Below, piece by piece: positions 1 to 12,600 of a stretch of DNA of 64,000 nt (its first letter is position 1; each line of letters opens with the position of its first letter). Source of the DNA: Phoronis australis (lineage: Eukaryota > Animalia > Phoronida); NCBI GenBank assembly GCA_002633005.1, contig NMRA01000115.1:180309-244308 (forward strand). Direction: 5' to 3'. A program made the translations under genes and the position numbers. The notes beneath the pieces were generated by a model. It ran no database searches and was not told the origin of the DNA. It saw nothing but the letters and a program-made list of their open reading frames with translations.

Positions 1-1672
1 CAGTCAAAATACAAGTTCATGCAACTTTAATGCTGGCAATACATTGATTGCAGTTGATAACATAGAGTAAAAATGAACAAGCGGTTAGGGCTATATGGTG
101 CTCAATTTATCCGTCGGGCGAACATCAAAAAATTTTTTTTTTGGCCAAGGTTGTGAAGTCATGTATATCGACTATATTTATTTGGAAATGGTTTTCATGG
201 AATTTGAACTTACAATTTTGTAAGTCACAGTTCGATGCCTTAGGCCAGTGGAGTCAAACTAGATCCCATTCCATATAGGTGAACAAGTATTGAAGTATTT
301 TGAGTGTATTTGAGCTATACTAAAGTGAAGGCATCAGTTTGAATATCAACCAATCTGGTACAGCCATGTAAATGAGAAGCACATCTTGTACACAAAAATG
401 GGTTTTTGTAACAATTCTCTGGACAAAGCTAATAAACTTAGACAGTATGCCTCCAACAACTACTCCACACTCTGCCCAATACCGACTGTGTCACTTGAAC
501 GGTACATTATGAATTGGTATCATTATGATTAACAAAAATACACCAAAACAAATAACTATGAAGTCAATTCATGAATTTGTCACTTTGGCTTTGGGAGTTT
601 AAGGGATACTTTGCATACCTTCATCAAAACAACTTATAAAATGGCATTAATCCCTCAGCATCAGTATCAATATATGTAACCATGTTCCATGACCCGAGAT
701 CTGAAACTGAAAGTCTATTCGGATGATACAACAACATATGAACAATATTTGATCGAGACGGATGATTTAGAGACATGCAACAGCTTCCAACGGTGTCCGA
801 CTCGAAAGATACACATTAAAGTAACGTGACTTCAATAGTTTAGCAAACGTTAAGCGGCATTTGCGGAAACTCTCCCTTCGACGTTTCGTAGAAACAAACG
901 AGTCCAACCCCAAACACGTGGACCCGAACTTAATACTTACACATTACAAAGAGTCTCTAAGCGATTCATCGAGTCGATCAATGTTAATGAATGCAAAAGA
1001 GTTGATATCAACACGATGTGCATTATTCTGACAGCGGAACAAAACAAGAGCCAATCTCGTATCAGATCAGAAAGAAACAACTTGGGCAAAAACAACGTCT
1101 GCAACCGCGCTACCGGAAATCGAAATGCATACTGACACCTAACGTGTTACGACAACACTACCGACCAGAAGTCTGAAGAACGTCACGTTCTTCAGACGGT
1201 GACAATGATGTCCGGCTGTGCATGGCTTAATTGTTCTTGGAAGTGCCCACTTTGGCTAACAGCACAGATGTTTTTCATGAGGGGGCAATCAATGCAATGC
1301 TAACGTGCCACAGAGATGGGGTAAAATTTTCAATTTTCTGGTGGATACTTATTTGTCTAGTCCGCGTTTTGCACGTGAACTATGCGGTCTGTCCTTGATC
1401 AGTGCTTGAATAAATTTCGAGCTCACAAGGCTGCACTATAATATAATGACTAACGCGATTTTAAAAAGGTGGAAAAGTCGAGCAACCCCAGCTCACTACT
1501 GTGAATCATACATTTCTCCTGCTTCATGGTTTGGTAGGATAGAAATTAAACTCAGCCGACTGGAGGCTTTCGCCGGCGGCCAGGCCTCTACTACACGTAG
1601 TCCCTTGTTTTCCGCCGATTAAAGTAGAGGCACGGCTGTTGATATAAACTTGGCTAGCACTAGCAGTCTTCA

Positions 1673-1680
1673 TTGATTGG

Positions 1681-1714
<34 letters not shown>
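1673..1714. repeat. (GATT)n microsatellite
   Basis: Direct reading. Confidence 0.95.
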
Positions 1715-2341
1715 TATCAATTAACGACGGTCCTATAATACACTGAACAGGCGAAAACAGGATTCGTTGACTGAGTCTGAAGTTAAAACGTACCAAAACT
1801 ATGAGTCGCCAACAACAACAGCAGAATCAACAGGAGCAGCAGCTAGCTGGAATCGAGTGGACAAAAACGTGAAGACCACTTTACGAAAAAGAAACACCTG
1901 AAAATGAATTGTGTGTTGCTCCTTTAAGTCGATTCTATCGTTAGCGGGAAAGAATTCTCGGCCAGAGGCAGTCCCGACATATAGAATCATCTGGGATTCC
2001 GGGTCTCCGAAGTTGGTCAGANTTGATGGATGGATTTATCAATTAACGACGGTCCTATAATACACTGAACAGGCGAAAACAGGATTCGTTGACTGAGTCT
2101 GAAGTTAAAACGTACCAAAACTATGAGTCGCCAACAACAACAGCAGAATCAACAGGAGCAGCAGCTAGCTGGAATCGAGTGGACAAAAACGTGAAGACCA
2201 CTTTACGAAAAAGAAACACCTGAAAATGAATTGTGTGTTGCTCCTTTAAGTCGATTCTATCGTTAGCGGGAAAGAATTCTCGGCCAGAGGCAGTCCCGAC
2301 ATATAGAATCATCTGGGATTCCGGGTCTCCGAAGTTGGTCA
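1711..2341. repeat. ~310-bp exact tandem duplicate around N2022; probable assembly overlap
   Basis: 1711-2021 matches 2033-2341 region (offset about 322); the flanking microsatellite differs (GATT vs GATG), consistent with two haplotypes. Confidence 0.75.
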
Positions 2342-5300
2342 GATTTTGGTCATCACTATAGAGTGTCACCCTGATCTCTAACTGCACATCCATAGGCACG
2401 GCGGTCGCTACCTCTTTCACTGAGTCTCACCACTGACTGCTCCAAATTATCAATGCTGCGCCGATTGCAAGATACACCATTAGCGTCTTCACGACTTTTA
2501 ACTTGAGTATGCTATTGGTACAAGTCTGTGTACTTCAATATACAAGAAGTTTTGAACTGACGAACGTGCACAGCTGTATACCGCGTCCAGCACACAAACG
2601 AGCATGCGCATACCGGAAATGGAGAGAGAACTGACAGGAAGCCATCGGATAAGTACATGTAAGAGCATGTGCATATTGTCTTCACTGGCTTTAGTGAAAA
2701 ATTCCTACCAGCTTCAAAGTACAGAAAAAGTGTTACCGCACTGCAGAAAAGACACTAGAGAAACAGGGCTTTGCATTCTCTAAAAATTGATTCTTGAATT
2801 TAAAAATATTAAGATATTTACTGTATGAATTCTATTCACATCGTTTCCAGTCCCGAACTTTAGAAGCCCATTGTGTATGTAACAATGTTAAAGCTGGCTT
2901 CTCACTAACTAAATCTTCCAGCCGTTCCCCCCAAATAGTAAATTCCAACAGCAACGGAGAGGTGGCAAGTTTTGTTTTCATTTTTTTTATTTTTAATCTG
3001 CATGTTTCGTTGTTTTTCTCTTTTATTGTCCCGAATCTTGGTGAAAGACTATCCCTAACACGCCTACATGTATTGTCGGTCTCCAACAGTGCACTATACA
3101 CAATGTTCTCTAATATTCTGTTAACATTAACAGGTGCAATTTTTAAAATGTTAACTGTTTGCACGAAGGATTATCAAGACAAGACTTACGATTTTTGTGA
3201 ATGAATTAAAGTTACACAAACAATAGAAAAATCTAACAGCTCTTTTGCAATTTAATGTTGAATATTCATATCAAATGAAATTTGGTCCCGTTGTTGATCT
3301 TGTTTTTTGTTGCTTTCAATGTACCTTTTAGTTAAATTTTATCAAAAATACACGGTCACCCAATTAATGGCAAATTGGTATTAAGTCGAAAATAAAATGA
3401 TACAGGCAATCATAAAACATATATGTTTTTACTGTGGTAGAAACCAATACTTTTGTAGACATTTACAAGAATCCGCAATAGCCATGTGTTGTTTATTTTG
3501 GTACTTAAACAGTAAAAAGTAAATCTTGGACGGGTAGAATCATGGTTATTAAAGAAAATACACAATAACAAAATTCACCGGTTATACCTTTTGCGAATAG
3601 CCTGTGGAAAACAGCATGTCCTCACAACATCAAAAACATTAGGTTTCAAGCCACCATGCACTCAAGGGCCGATTGTAAGAGTTTGCCAGGCTTTAATAAG
3701 CTTGATCTTATCTGATCATAAATAATAGTAGGTAAAAATCTCTTTAAGCCTAAAATTTTGATAACATAAACTTTGTGATGTCTTTGACCTAGTAACTTGT
3801 TGAAAAATTCACCTGGTGTCACGCAATAATCAAACTTATCCAGCAGATAATTTTGAAGTTTTATACAACCCAGCCTTGATGTATTGCTTGTAGTGAGTGG
3901 ATTACGTATACATGTTTCTAAAGAATGCGCTTTTATTAATAGTAACACACTACGCTAAACTAATTTCCATTTACTATACGTTAGCTAGAGTTAAAATAAC
4001 TATTGGAAAATATAGTCAGTAACCGATATAAGAGAATGGCTTTCAATATCAAGGGACATTGATTAAAACAGATACGCTTGTGCATACATGAACATTTTTT
4101 TATATTACAAGGATAATCGTTTCAAATAAAATAATTCGTCTTGTTAGAAAGTTTGCTTTGCTATCCCTGACACGATGATGGTGCTTACAGGCGGTGTCCG
4201 GATTCGTAGAAGTTCACCCAATCTGAAAAAGAAACTCTACAATTTTAGTTTTGCCAACCACGGACAAGCGAGCGGTATCTAATTGGTCAAATCGAAGTAC
4301 TTATGATTTATAGAAATACGTCATTAGATGTGTATTTTTGTCTGACTATTTGGTGTGTTTGTGACGGTGTGGCGTATTTCTTCCAGGAATTGTTAGCATA
4401 ACGAAACTTAACAATTCCTTTGCGCAGATAAAAGCTCCCTTCAGGAAAAAGGATCACAATCCAGTTATTTTTGATCGAACACATTTGTAACCAATTCTGG
4501 CACCGGGAATTTATTTAAGTTAAGTGCCTGGGCAGCCAACCACAATCACCTTCCATCTGGTTTATATGGTACATGTAGATAACAACGCACGTTCGTGCCT
4601 TTTGAAAAGGAGGCACCCTGGTGGATAAGTATAAACAGATTTATTTGTGTGATTAATAATACATAACCACAGCGAGTCAGGGTGTCCCAGCAATGGCGGT
4701 AACAAATCCAAGAGAAAGGAATTATAAACTTTTGTAGTTATTAGTATTCCATGATGAATGAATAACCATGATTTTATTTATTCGTAACTGTCAATATAAA
4801 AATTCTGTGCTTCAATGTTGACATTTGGAATATACGCAAACCGTTTGAGGTTTTAATCATGTTCCCAGAAAAAGGCCTATAAACTTGGGTAGAACTATTT
4901 TCAAAAAGTCCCTGTGACAAAGTTTTCCTGTGACGTGATTTAAACTTGAAATGTAAAATGGAAGGCACCATAGAAACGCCTGTATTTATACCGGTGTCCC
5001 AAGGTTAATAAACTGCGCGTTTTTTTGTTTTTGGTAAAAGCATCATCGTATTGATAACCTGTTTGGTACGATAGCGCATATCCCACGACCAACCATCATC
5101 ATCTAGAAAAATGTGATTTCTTTACTGAAATCGCTCAAAATTGACGAGCAATTTCCAAGTACAGCAAAAGCGTATTGAATGATTTCTTGTAGGTTTACAT
5201 ACCCCCTGGTTTACGGGAACATTTCTGAAAGCAGTTTAGACCAGGACTTCGTAACGTCTGACTCCAACAGATGGGGTTGTATCCACACTGTGTGAACCAA

Positions 5301-6669
5301 CGTTCAGCATCTGATTCCGATATGTTAAGGCAATCCGCCATGCAGTTTATTAAAGCTGAAACAATGTCGGGGTTTTATGTGGCAGCTACATGCACCAGCT
5401 ATCTAAGAAGGCTCTAAACAGGGTAGACAATCTTTCTTCCTGTCAGACCGCACGAGGAAATGTTTCAACGCTAAATGGTAGGAGTGATACAGTGAGTACA
5501 AGAACTGTATTTAAACATCGTGAAAGTTGTTCTTGAGATCTTCCGTACAGGCTTGCACTGAAAAACGATTGTCTATTTTGAAAAAATAGGCTCATAAAGC
5601 ACGTGATTGGCAATGAGGTTTAGCAGTATTATCTAAATATTATCAATTTATTAACAGAAGTGGTATTATCGGATAAGATTGAGGTTGGCAGCTGGAATAC
5701 GAGCTATTGTACCGACGATCTAAAAAAAGATGACTCTATACTCAAATAACAATACATTCTTCTATTAAATGGTTGTTACTTTTCTAAAGCGTTTTGGTCA
5801 GCTTGGCATATTTATATACTCTGAAAAGCATTTTGAACCGTTTTAAAATTGATGAAAATAACAATTCTTCAAACCCGAAGTATTACATAGCACAACGCAG
5901 GCGATCGCAACGCGTGTCTTATTGACTGAATCGCTGTTGCATGTCTTTTGTTACCTGTATCGTGCATCCGAATTGGTCAATTCAAATAACAAATTCTTAT
6001 GTATCGAACCTGGGATGAAAATCGACTTAGTGCCTCGGTCATGCATTCGTTCCCAGTGGCACTGTGACAGAAGATACCGCGGACAGTGAGAACATGTACA
6101 GTAATACCATGTAAGAAAAACGAGCGAACATAGTAGGCTTATATTCAACCTGGGGCTGCTTTTTGTAGGAGTGACAACTTTGCAGAAAAGCAAGATCACG
6201 CAAGAACTCGCAAAATCACGTGAGTTCACTCTTACTAGCACACCCTTACAAAATGGCGGCTACTAAAGTGATTTGTTGGTGGCGTTGGGATGTTGAATTG
6301 TGGGAAAGAATTCTTCGCTCTTTTCCTTAAGTGGCGAAGTCTAGTTCAATGTGCAACTACAGAGCCTAACCCGACTGGCAAATACTTTCTGAACTTGGTC
6401 ACTACTTAAAATAATTCTTGTTTGAGGAATTGTTTAGCAGCATTAGCATAAAAGTTTTTTTGCGAAACATGCACAATCTCATGTTTGTAGAAGTCGGATA
6501 ATCTGAGGTTCAAAGCACCTTCAATATTAAATGAAAGATACCAACTTGACCAAAAGCGCTTTTGTCCCCCTTTAATAATTAATTATTAGATGATTCGATG
6601 GAAGAACTTTCTCTGATATGATCACTGAACAATAGCGACAGCGCATGGTGCATAGCGTTTGCTTCTTAC

Positions 6670-9600
6670 CCTCGTCTGTGTTCGGCTTACTGAAAGTAAG
6701 AATCTGTTGTTCCGCTGGCATCAGCAATTTTGCTTCTGCGTCTGAAATATATGATAAAAAATGGTGTCACGAGACGTGACTAAGAAAGTGCTCATGTCGC
6801 ACTGCAGTTACTCACTCACTGTCACCTCTCATTTTCTTTTAAACTGTGAGTTTGGGATTTCAGTTTGTTTGAGCAAGTATCAGTTACCACTACAGCAATG
6901 AGGACGGAAATTCTGACGTTGGGTGGTCGCCATCTTGGTTCTAATGTAAAGAGTGTAAGTGTAAGCCGACTTATTGTTTGTCTCCAATTTCAAGTAGTTC
7001 CTGAGGCTGTTGCGTAATAATTATCGGACGAAAAAATGCCACGAGAGACTTATTTCTTTTCCTCTAAAGTCCTTGTCCTCAATTCTTTTCAGCTGGTTTG
7101 ACAATTCCAAACAAAGTGTGCTTAACCGGTATGGGTGACTAACACGCTTGGCGAGTTAATGACCCGTCATCAGGAAAACCACTCACCTGGAACTACGGAA
7201 ACCACTTTGAGACACAACGAGGGAACGTTTAATTAAGAAGCTGTGAGAAAATATCACCTGTGCATTAGCTGGGGCCCGTTCCAAGAAACTGACTTAAGTT
7301 CATTTTTGACTTAAGTCTAAGATTTTTCTTAACTTACATACTTTGAAACTTCCACATCCGGTAAGATAATTAAAGTTAAGACACAACTTTTATCAAACTT
7401 TTAATTAAAACTTAAGATCTCTTTCTTGAAACGGTATCGAGACAAATTTAAGCCTTATCTTAAAATTTACTAAAATTTAAGATTTGTCTTAGGTACATGT
7501 AAGTCAGTTCTGCTGGAACGGACCCCCTGAAAGCATCTATTGGCAGGTTTACTATTCCTAGGTAAGTGCATCGTTTGCAAAGTGTGACGGAGGTGAAGGT
7601 CGAGCAATGTTAAATGACGCTTTGCTAGGGAATTTTTTGCATACGATACATTTGTTCAAGGAATCGATCACGAGGCCTTGCGCAGTTTAGGGAGGCTTTG
7701 ATCAGCAAATAGGCAGTTTTCTGTGTTACCTTGCGGAATGGTGCAGCTGTCCAGACACTCAACGTATCTGGTACCAAATATCTCCGTCCAACATGTAGCG
7801 TTGGTGGAGCACCGTAAGAAGAGACCGATCATGTCTTCGTATGTTCTGTTCAAGCAGCTTTCGATACATAATGTAAATTGATCGGGGGGAGGAACTGAAA
7901 CAAAGAGGAACTACGCCACTTACGTTAAGTGTGTTATTGGTAGAGAAAGTTAGAGAATTTTCAGTGCTTGTCAACAACCACGTGGATTGCTCAATTAACT
8001 TTGACAAATTCGTGACTATATAAAATTTAAAGTAGCCCAAAGAGAGAGAGAGTGGGGAGAGGGAGAAAGATGGAAGGAGAGGGACAGGGAGAGAGACAAA
8101 GAGGGAGGAACAGGGATAAAGGGAGAGAAAAAGGCGGGAAAGAGGGAGAGAGAAAGGAGGAGGAGTGAGAGACAGGGGGAAAGGTACGGGAGTGGGCGCG
8201 AGGGACGGAGAGAAAGCGAGAGAGAGAGCAAGAGGTAGAATGCCTTGTATTTCACGAGGTAGCTGTAAGTGTTTTGTTTTCTGAAGGCGTAGATCTACTG
8301 AATATATCCATACGTTCAATTGCAAAAACTTGCCTTTTTGACATTTTGATAGGCACACAGGTCCTCTATCTCCCACAGAATTTGTCCAGCACTCGTCGTC
8401 CCACTTGCATTTCACGAATAACGTGACAACGTCGACATAAGACACGTGCAGGCACATTGACATGCAAAGACCAATAGGGTCTCTATTATCCCCAGCTTCT
8501 AAAAGGACAAGCAGAACAGAACATTGGAGGTAGAAATTGAATCCCTTTTTAAGGAATCAGAACGGTATCATCTTTCGAATTTGTGTGTTGTTTCTATTTC
8601 ATTTCTATGTGGTGCTAGTTAGAGCTTCAGATATGAGCTTTGACCATTACCCCCAAGATGTTACACCGTGTCTTCATTAGCTGTCACGCTACGCTACTGT
8701 GGCCGTACTTCTCGCATCGTTTGAGGCTAGCGCATGTTTTACACAATGTTGATAATTTGACAGGTAGGATCAACAATATAGTTAGTTAACCTAGTTTAAG
8801 TTAAATTGTTCAACAATACAAAGCCTGACAGATCATAGTTTATGAAGGGTAATGCAAAAGGGATTATTGAACTATACACATGTGTGCTCATAGTTCCAGA
8901 GGCTGTAAGGTTTCAGCTTCATTGTTAAAGCTTACGCATTTGAGTTTACAGTAGGGGACATCACTGTCCGCGAAGAGTTAGATTCTCATATTTCGCGCAC
9001 CTGTGGCACAACGTAAAGGACAACACGCTAAGGCAGGCGAATCCGTGAACAAATGATGGTCGATCATCAGTCATATTTGGAACCACCTGCTTGTACTCAG
9101 TTGATGGTGCTCAGCAGCAAGGTAGTGTGTGCGTATCACGTGCTCTCGTGCATTTTTTGTAACTTACGCATTTCTGAAGCGTCCAGAAACTGGTCGGCAA
9201 TCTTGTTCTCTGTTGATAGAGAAGAGTTTTAAACCAAGAATTGGTGTATATATATATAGATCTTGAAATGATTTTCATTCATTCCTCATCTTGCCAGCCA
9301 CCAGTAGCACTTTAAAGGGCTTCAAGCAGAGGCATGAGATCCGGTAGAACGTGTAAGCGTGCATTCTGTCACAAAAGTTCTGATTTAATCCACTAACCGT
9401 TAAAAAAATGGTATTATTATGCTTCCTATTCGGCTTAGAAGTGCTTACATGTAAGATCTCTAAAATATTAAGCCGGCCATCAACAAAACTGCAAAACAAA
9501 AGCACACACCTTATCCCTCATTAAAAGCTGATTCGAGTGACATTGTTTGTTTGCCTTTAGCCAGCGATAATGAGAACAGTTTAATGAAACCATTAGCGTT

Positions 9601-12600
9601 GAGTGATTTGATTCCCTGAGGTTCTAAACCTTTGACACCCATGAAAACCAGAAATGTTTCCTATCTTCTGAAAGTTTCATGAGAAACGTAGGTGAGTAAA
9701 CAATTTAAAAATTTAACTCAAAACTCCGTAATTTATGTAGTCACATGTCCTGATGGAAAGTGTGACTGGGGTAGTCGAAGCCATTCTAGTGTCACAAAGG
9801 CTAACTATGTTTTACATTGTTTCACTTTTGAATCCGCTTCTCGTATGCATTTGCAGATCAGTCGCAATCGGCATACTGTAGTCATTTACCAACACTTACT
9901 GTACGTAAACTTATACACAGTGGTGCTTATGACTTATTTTCAAGTTCGTACGTCCCTCGAAGCCACGTCAGGGCAGAGTATAGAAGCGCTTTACTTTGGG
10001 AAAGTCGTAGGACTGCATATTAACAAGCTCATTCCTTATGTTAAGGAATAAGTATCTCACCTAGAGGTGATGCTTCTTCAGGAAGGCACTGATTCAGGCA
10101 CATTACGACTTGACGTCCTACCGCATTTTGCCAACAGGTAGCATTAAATCCACACTGTATAAACCAATGTCCGATTTTTGATGTCGCATTGTACATGCAA
10201 TTGGCGTCGCAAACGACGAACTGAACAACTTGCTGAAGATCTGGAAGAGTCATTTCAGTTTCTTACAACTTCTGATTAAATTTCACTGCTCCAGTTTTGC
10301 AGAAAAACGTGAAAGACACAACAGACAGAGATGTGGTTTGAAATCGGCTAGAAAACTACGTTTTGATTTTGGTCACTCACCACGACCAAGTTAAATTGGC
10401 CTCAACTTGTGGTAAGGCTTGTAAAGATCTGATCGTTCGCTATTGCTTGAAACCGTACGTGTTAAGCGCATTAAAAGATTTGACGTAACAAGCCAAACTG
10501 TAGAGCCTTTTATCAGGCAAGAACGAACCGCCATTTTTTTCAATCCCAGAAATCATTTCTTATGGCTAAGAAAGAGAATGGGAATACTTTTTTAGTGGTA
10601 ATTGGCCTAGATCAAGTGTTGTCTTGTGACGGATGGCACGATTTTTATCCGCTTTAAAACTTAGTGCATTATTCAAGATCAGAGTAATCCTCTCTGAATT
10701 TTTTTCATACATGCGCTCTCACTTCTCATTCAAAACAGTGCATACACCGGTTAATAGTTCCTATAGACCAGAAACTGTTTGTATTACGGTGCAAATTCCC
10801 TATTTGACGTCAGTATTGAACTGACAAAAGGGGCCCTGTACTTGCAGATCTACACCACAGAGTTATGCACCGATGAAAAAAGAGGCTACGTGTATACATT
10901 CCATACATGACTTTTAACATATTAAGTAGCAACAGTTTGTCATTTCTAGAGAGTAAAGTTTCATCTTCATGAGTAAAGAAACTCACCAATATGCGGAATA
11001 GGTATCGGGGAACACTTCTGCGTACAGTCCCAAAGCTGTGCTGATAGCACGTCTCTCCAGCACGTGAGGTTATTCCCGCATTGGGCTTTCCAGTCGTCTA
11101 CCTTGACCGTAGCGTTCACCAAACACTGGGCTTCACATTTACCGAATTTTACCGCCATGTCGATGTAGGGGCCTGCAAGGTGCATTGCACGCGATTAAAG
11201 ATGACTTTAAATAGTGACAATTTCGATTGCACGATTACGATATGCTAGTGGTCGTATTGGTTACGTAAACGGCAACATACAAGGAACCACCAAGCAGCAT
11301 TTGGTCTACAACTAGCGTGCACTCTATGATGTTTATGTGATGGATTGACCAAACTCGTACACAGGTTGTTAGTATATACATTGCAGGTAAATAACATCTA
11401 CTCACCAACATCAACACTGCATTTCTTTGCACACGTTTGGAATTTCGAAGTAGCGGCGAATTCTTTCCAGCAGGCGGCATTTGTGTTGCACTTAAGGGCC
11501 ACGCCGAACCACTGCAAAAATGTCATGTCGAGGCATTGCACTTGACAAGCGGGGTTCAAAACGTCGAGTTCTGTAAAAACGACAATTTGCCACGAGATTT
11601 TTCATAAACTAGACATATGTTATGCATTTGTCGCCTTCGTGTTTCGATGACAATTCTAGTAGATAATTTATGTAAACAAAAAAATGATTCCAAACAAAGT
11701 CTCATGGTGAAAGGCCTTATCGGAAATCCCCAGGCACGCTTTGTACATGTAGCTTATAGAATAAAAATTCAAAAGTTGCTAGTTTCGCACGAAAACATTG
11801 TGTTCGTGAAAAATACAGCAATCTCCGTGACAAATTCGATTTTTAGATAAGTAGAATTTCAGTGACTACAAAAGCTCAAAATTTCTTTCGTGTACATAAT
11901 GAAATTTTCTCATCATCAAGAGTTTCAAAAATACATAGCTTTATGGATATACTGAAATTACTTATCAAAGCTATTGAATAAAGTTTGTTAACGATGGCAA
12001 ACCAATAATCAATTCTTTCCTACTATTGTTCTTAAGGGACCTTTTATAAATGAGAAATCAAACTTACTGGTCCCGACGCTGATAGATGAGTCTCCTATTG
12101 TGAATGCTCTTTCTGAAAAATATATTTCTATTATTAAACTAGTCTTTGCTGTTCGTCCACGTAAACATTAGTGGACTTAGAGTAAGTGCTTGGCGACTGA
12201 TCTCTTGAGGATGTACTCTCGGTGCGGCAGTGTTCACATAACTTAAACAGGCATCATTCGACGAGGTTGTGATCGAGAGTTTTCTGTCCTTAATCTGGTT
12301 TCCAGTGTAGGGGGAACAAAATTGGTGAAAGGTTTCAGCTTTGGTCCCAGTTTATTCACATTAAGCAAGTTACTTACCGAGCACGTCAAATTCCTGAGGA
12401 ATGCACTGTCCTACGCACTCAACACCTTTTAATCCTATCACTCTAAACCAGCATTTGGCGTCAGTCTGACACTCCTGGTACCACTGCTCGACCTCTGTTA
12501 AGGATTTCCCCAAACACTCAGCCTCGCACTTAAGAAAATCCACCAGCCACGATGGGATCGCTTCCTCTGCAACAAAATGGACACACATGATAATCGCCCC

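Noticed and set aside
1799-1990. Duplicated small ORF
   Set aside because: Part of the exact duplicate around N2022; likely an assembly artefact.
2794-3948. ORFs as genes or LINE reverse transcriptase remnants
   Set aside because: No diagnostic motif (e.g. YADD) or coherent splice structure could be found by eye.
7759-8463. 234-aa ORF as a single gene
   Set aside because: Only the first ~43 codons are module E. The rest is read-through of a stop-poor CT-rich intron and runs out of frame over module F.
8936-8963. Extra linker micro-exon ending ATGC|GTAAG like the 9168 exon
   Set aside because: 28 nt, breaks the phase 1 frame, weak polypyrimidine tract.
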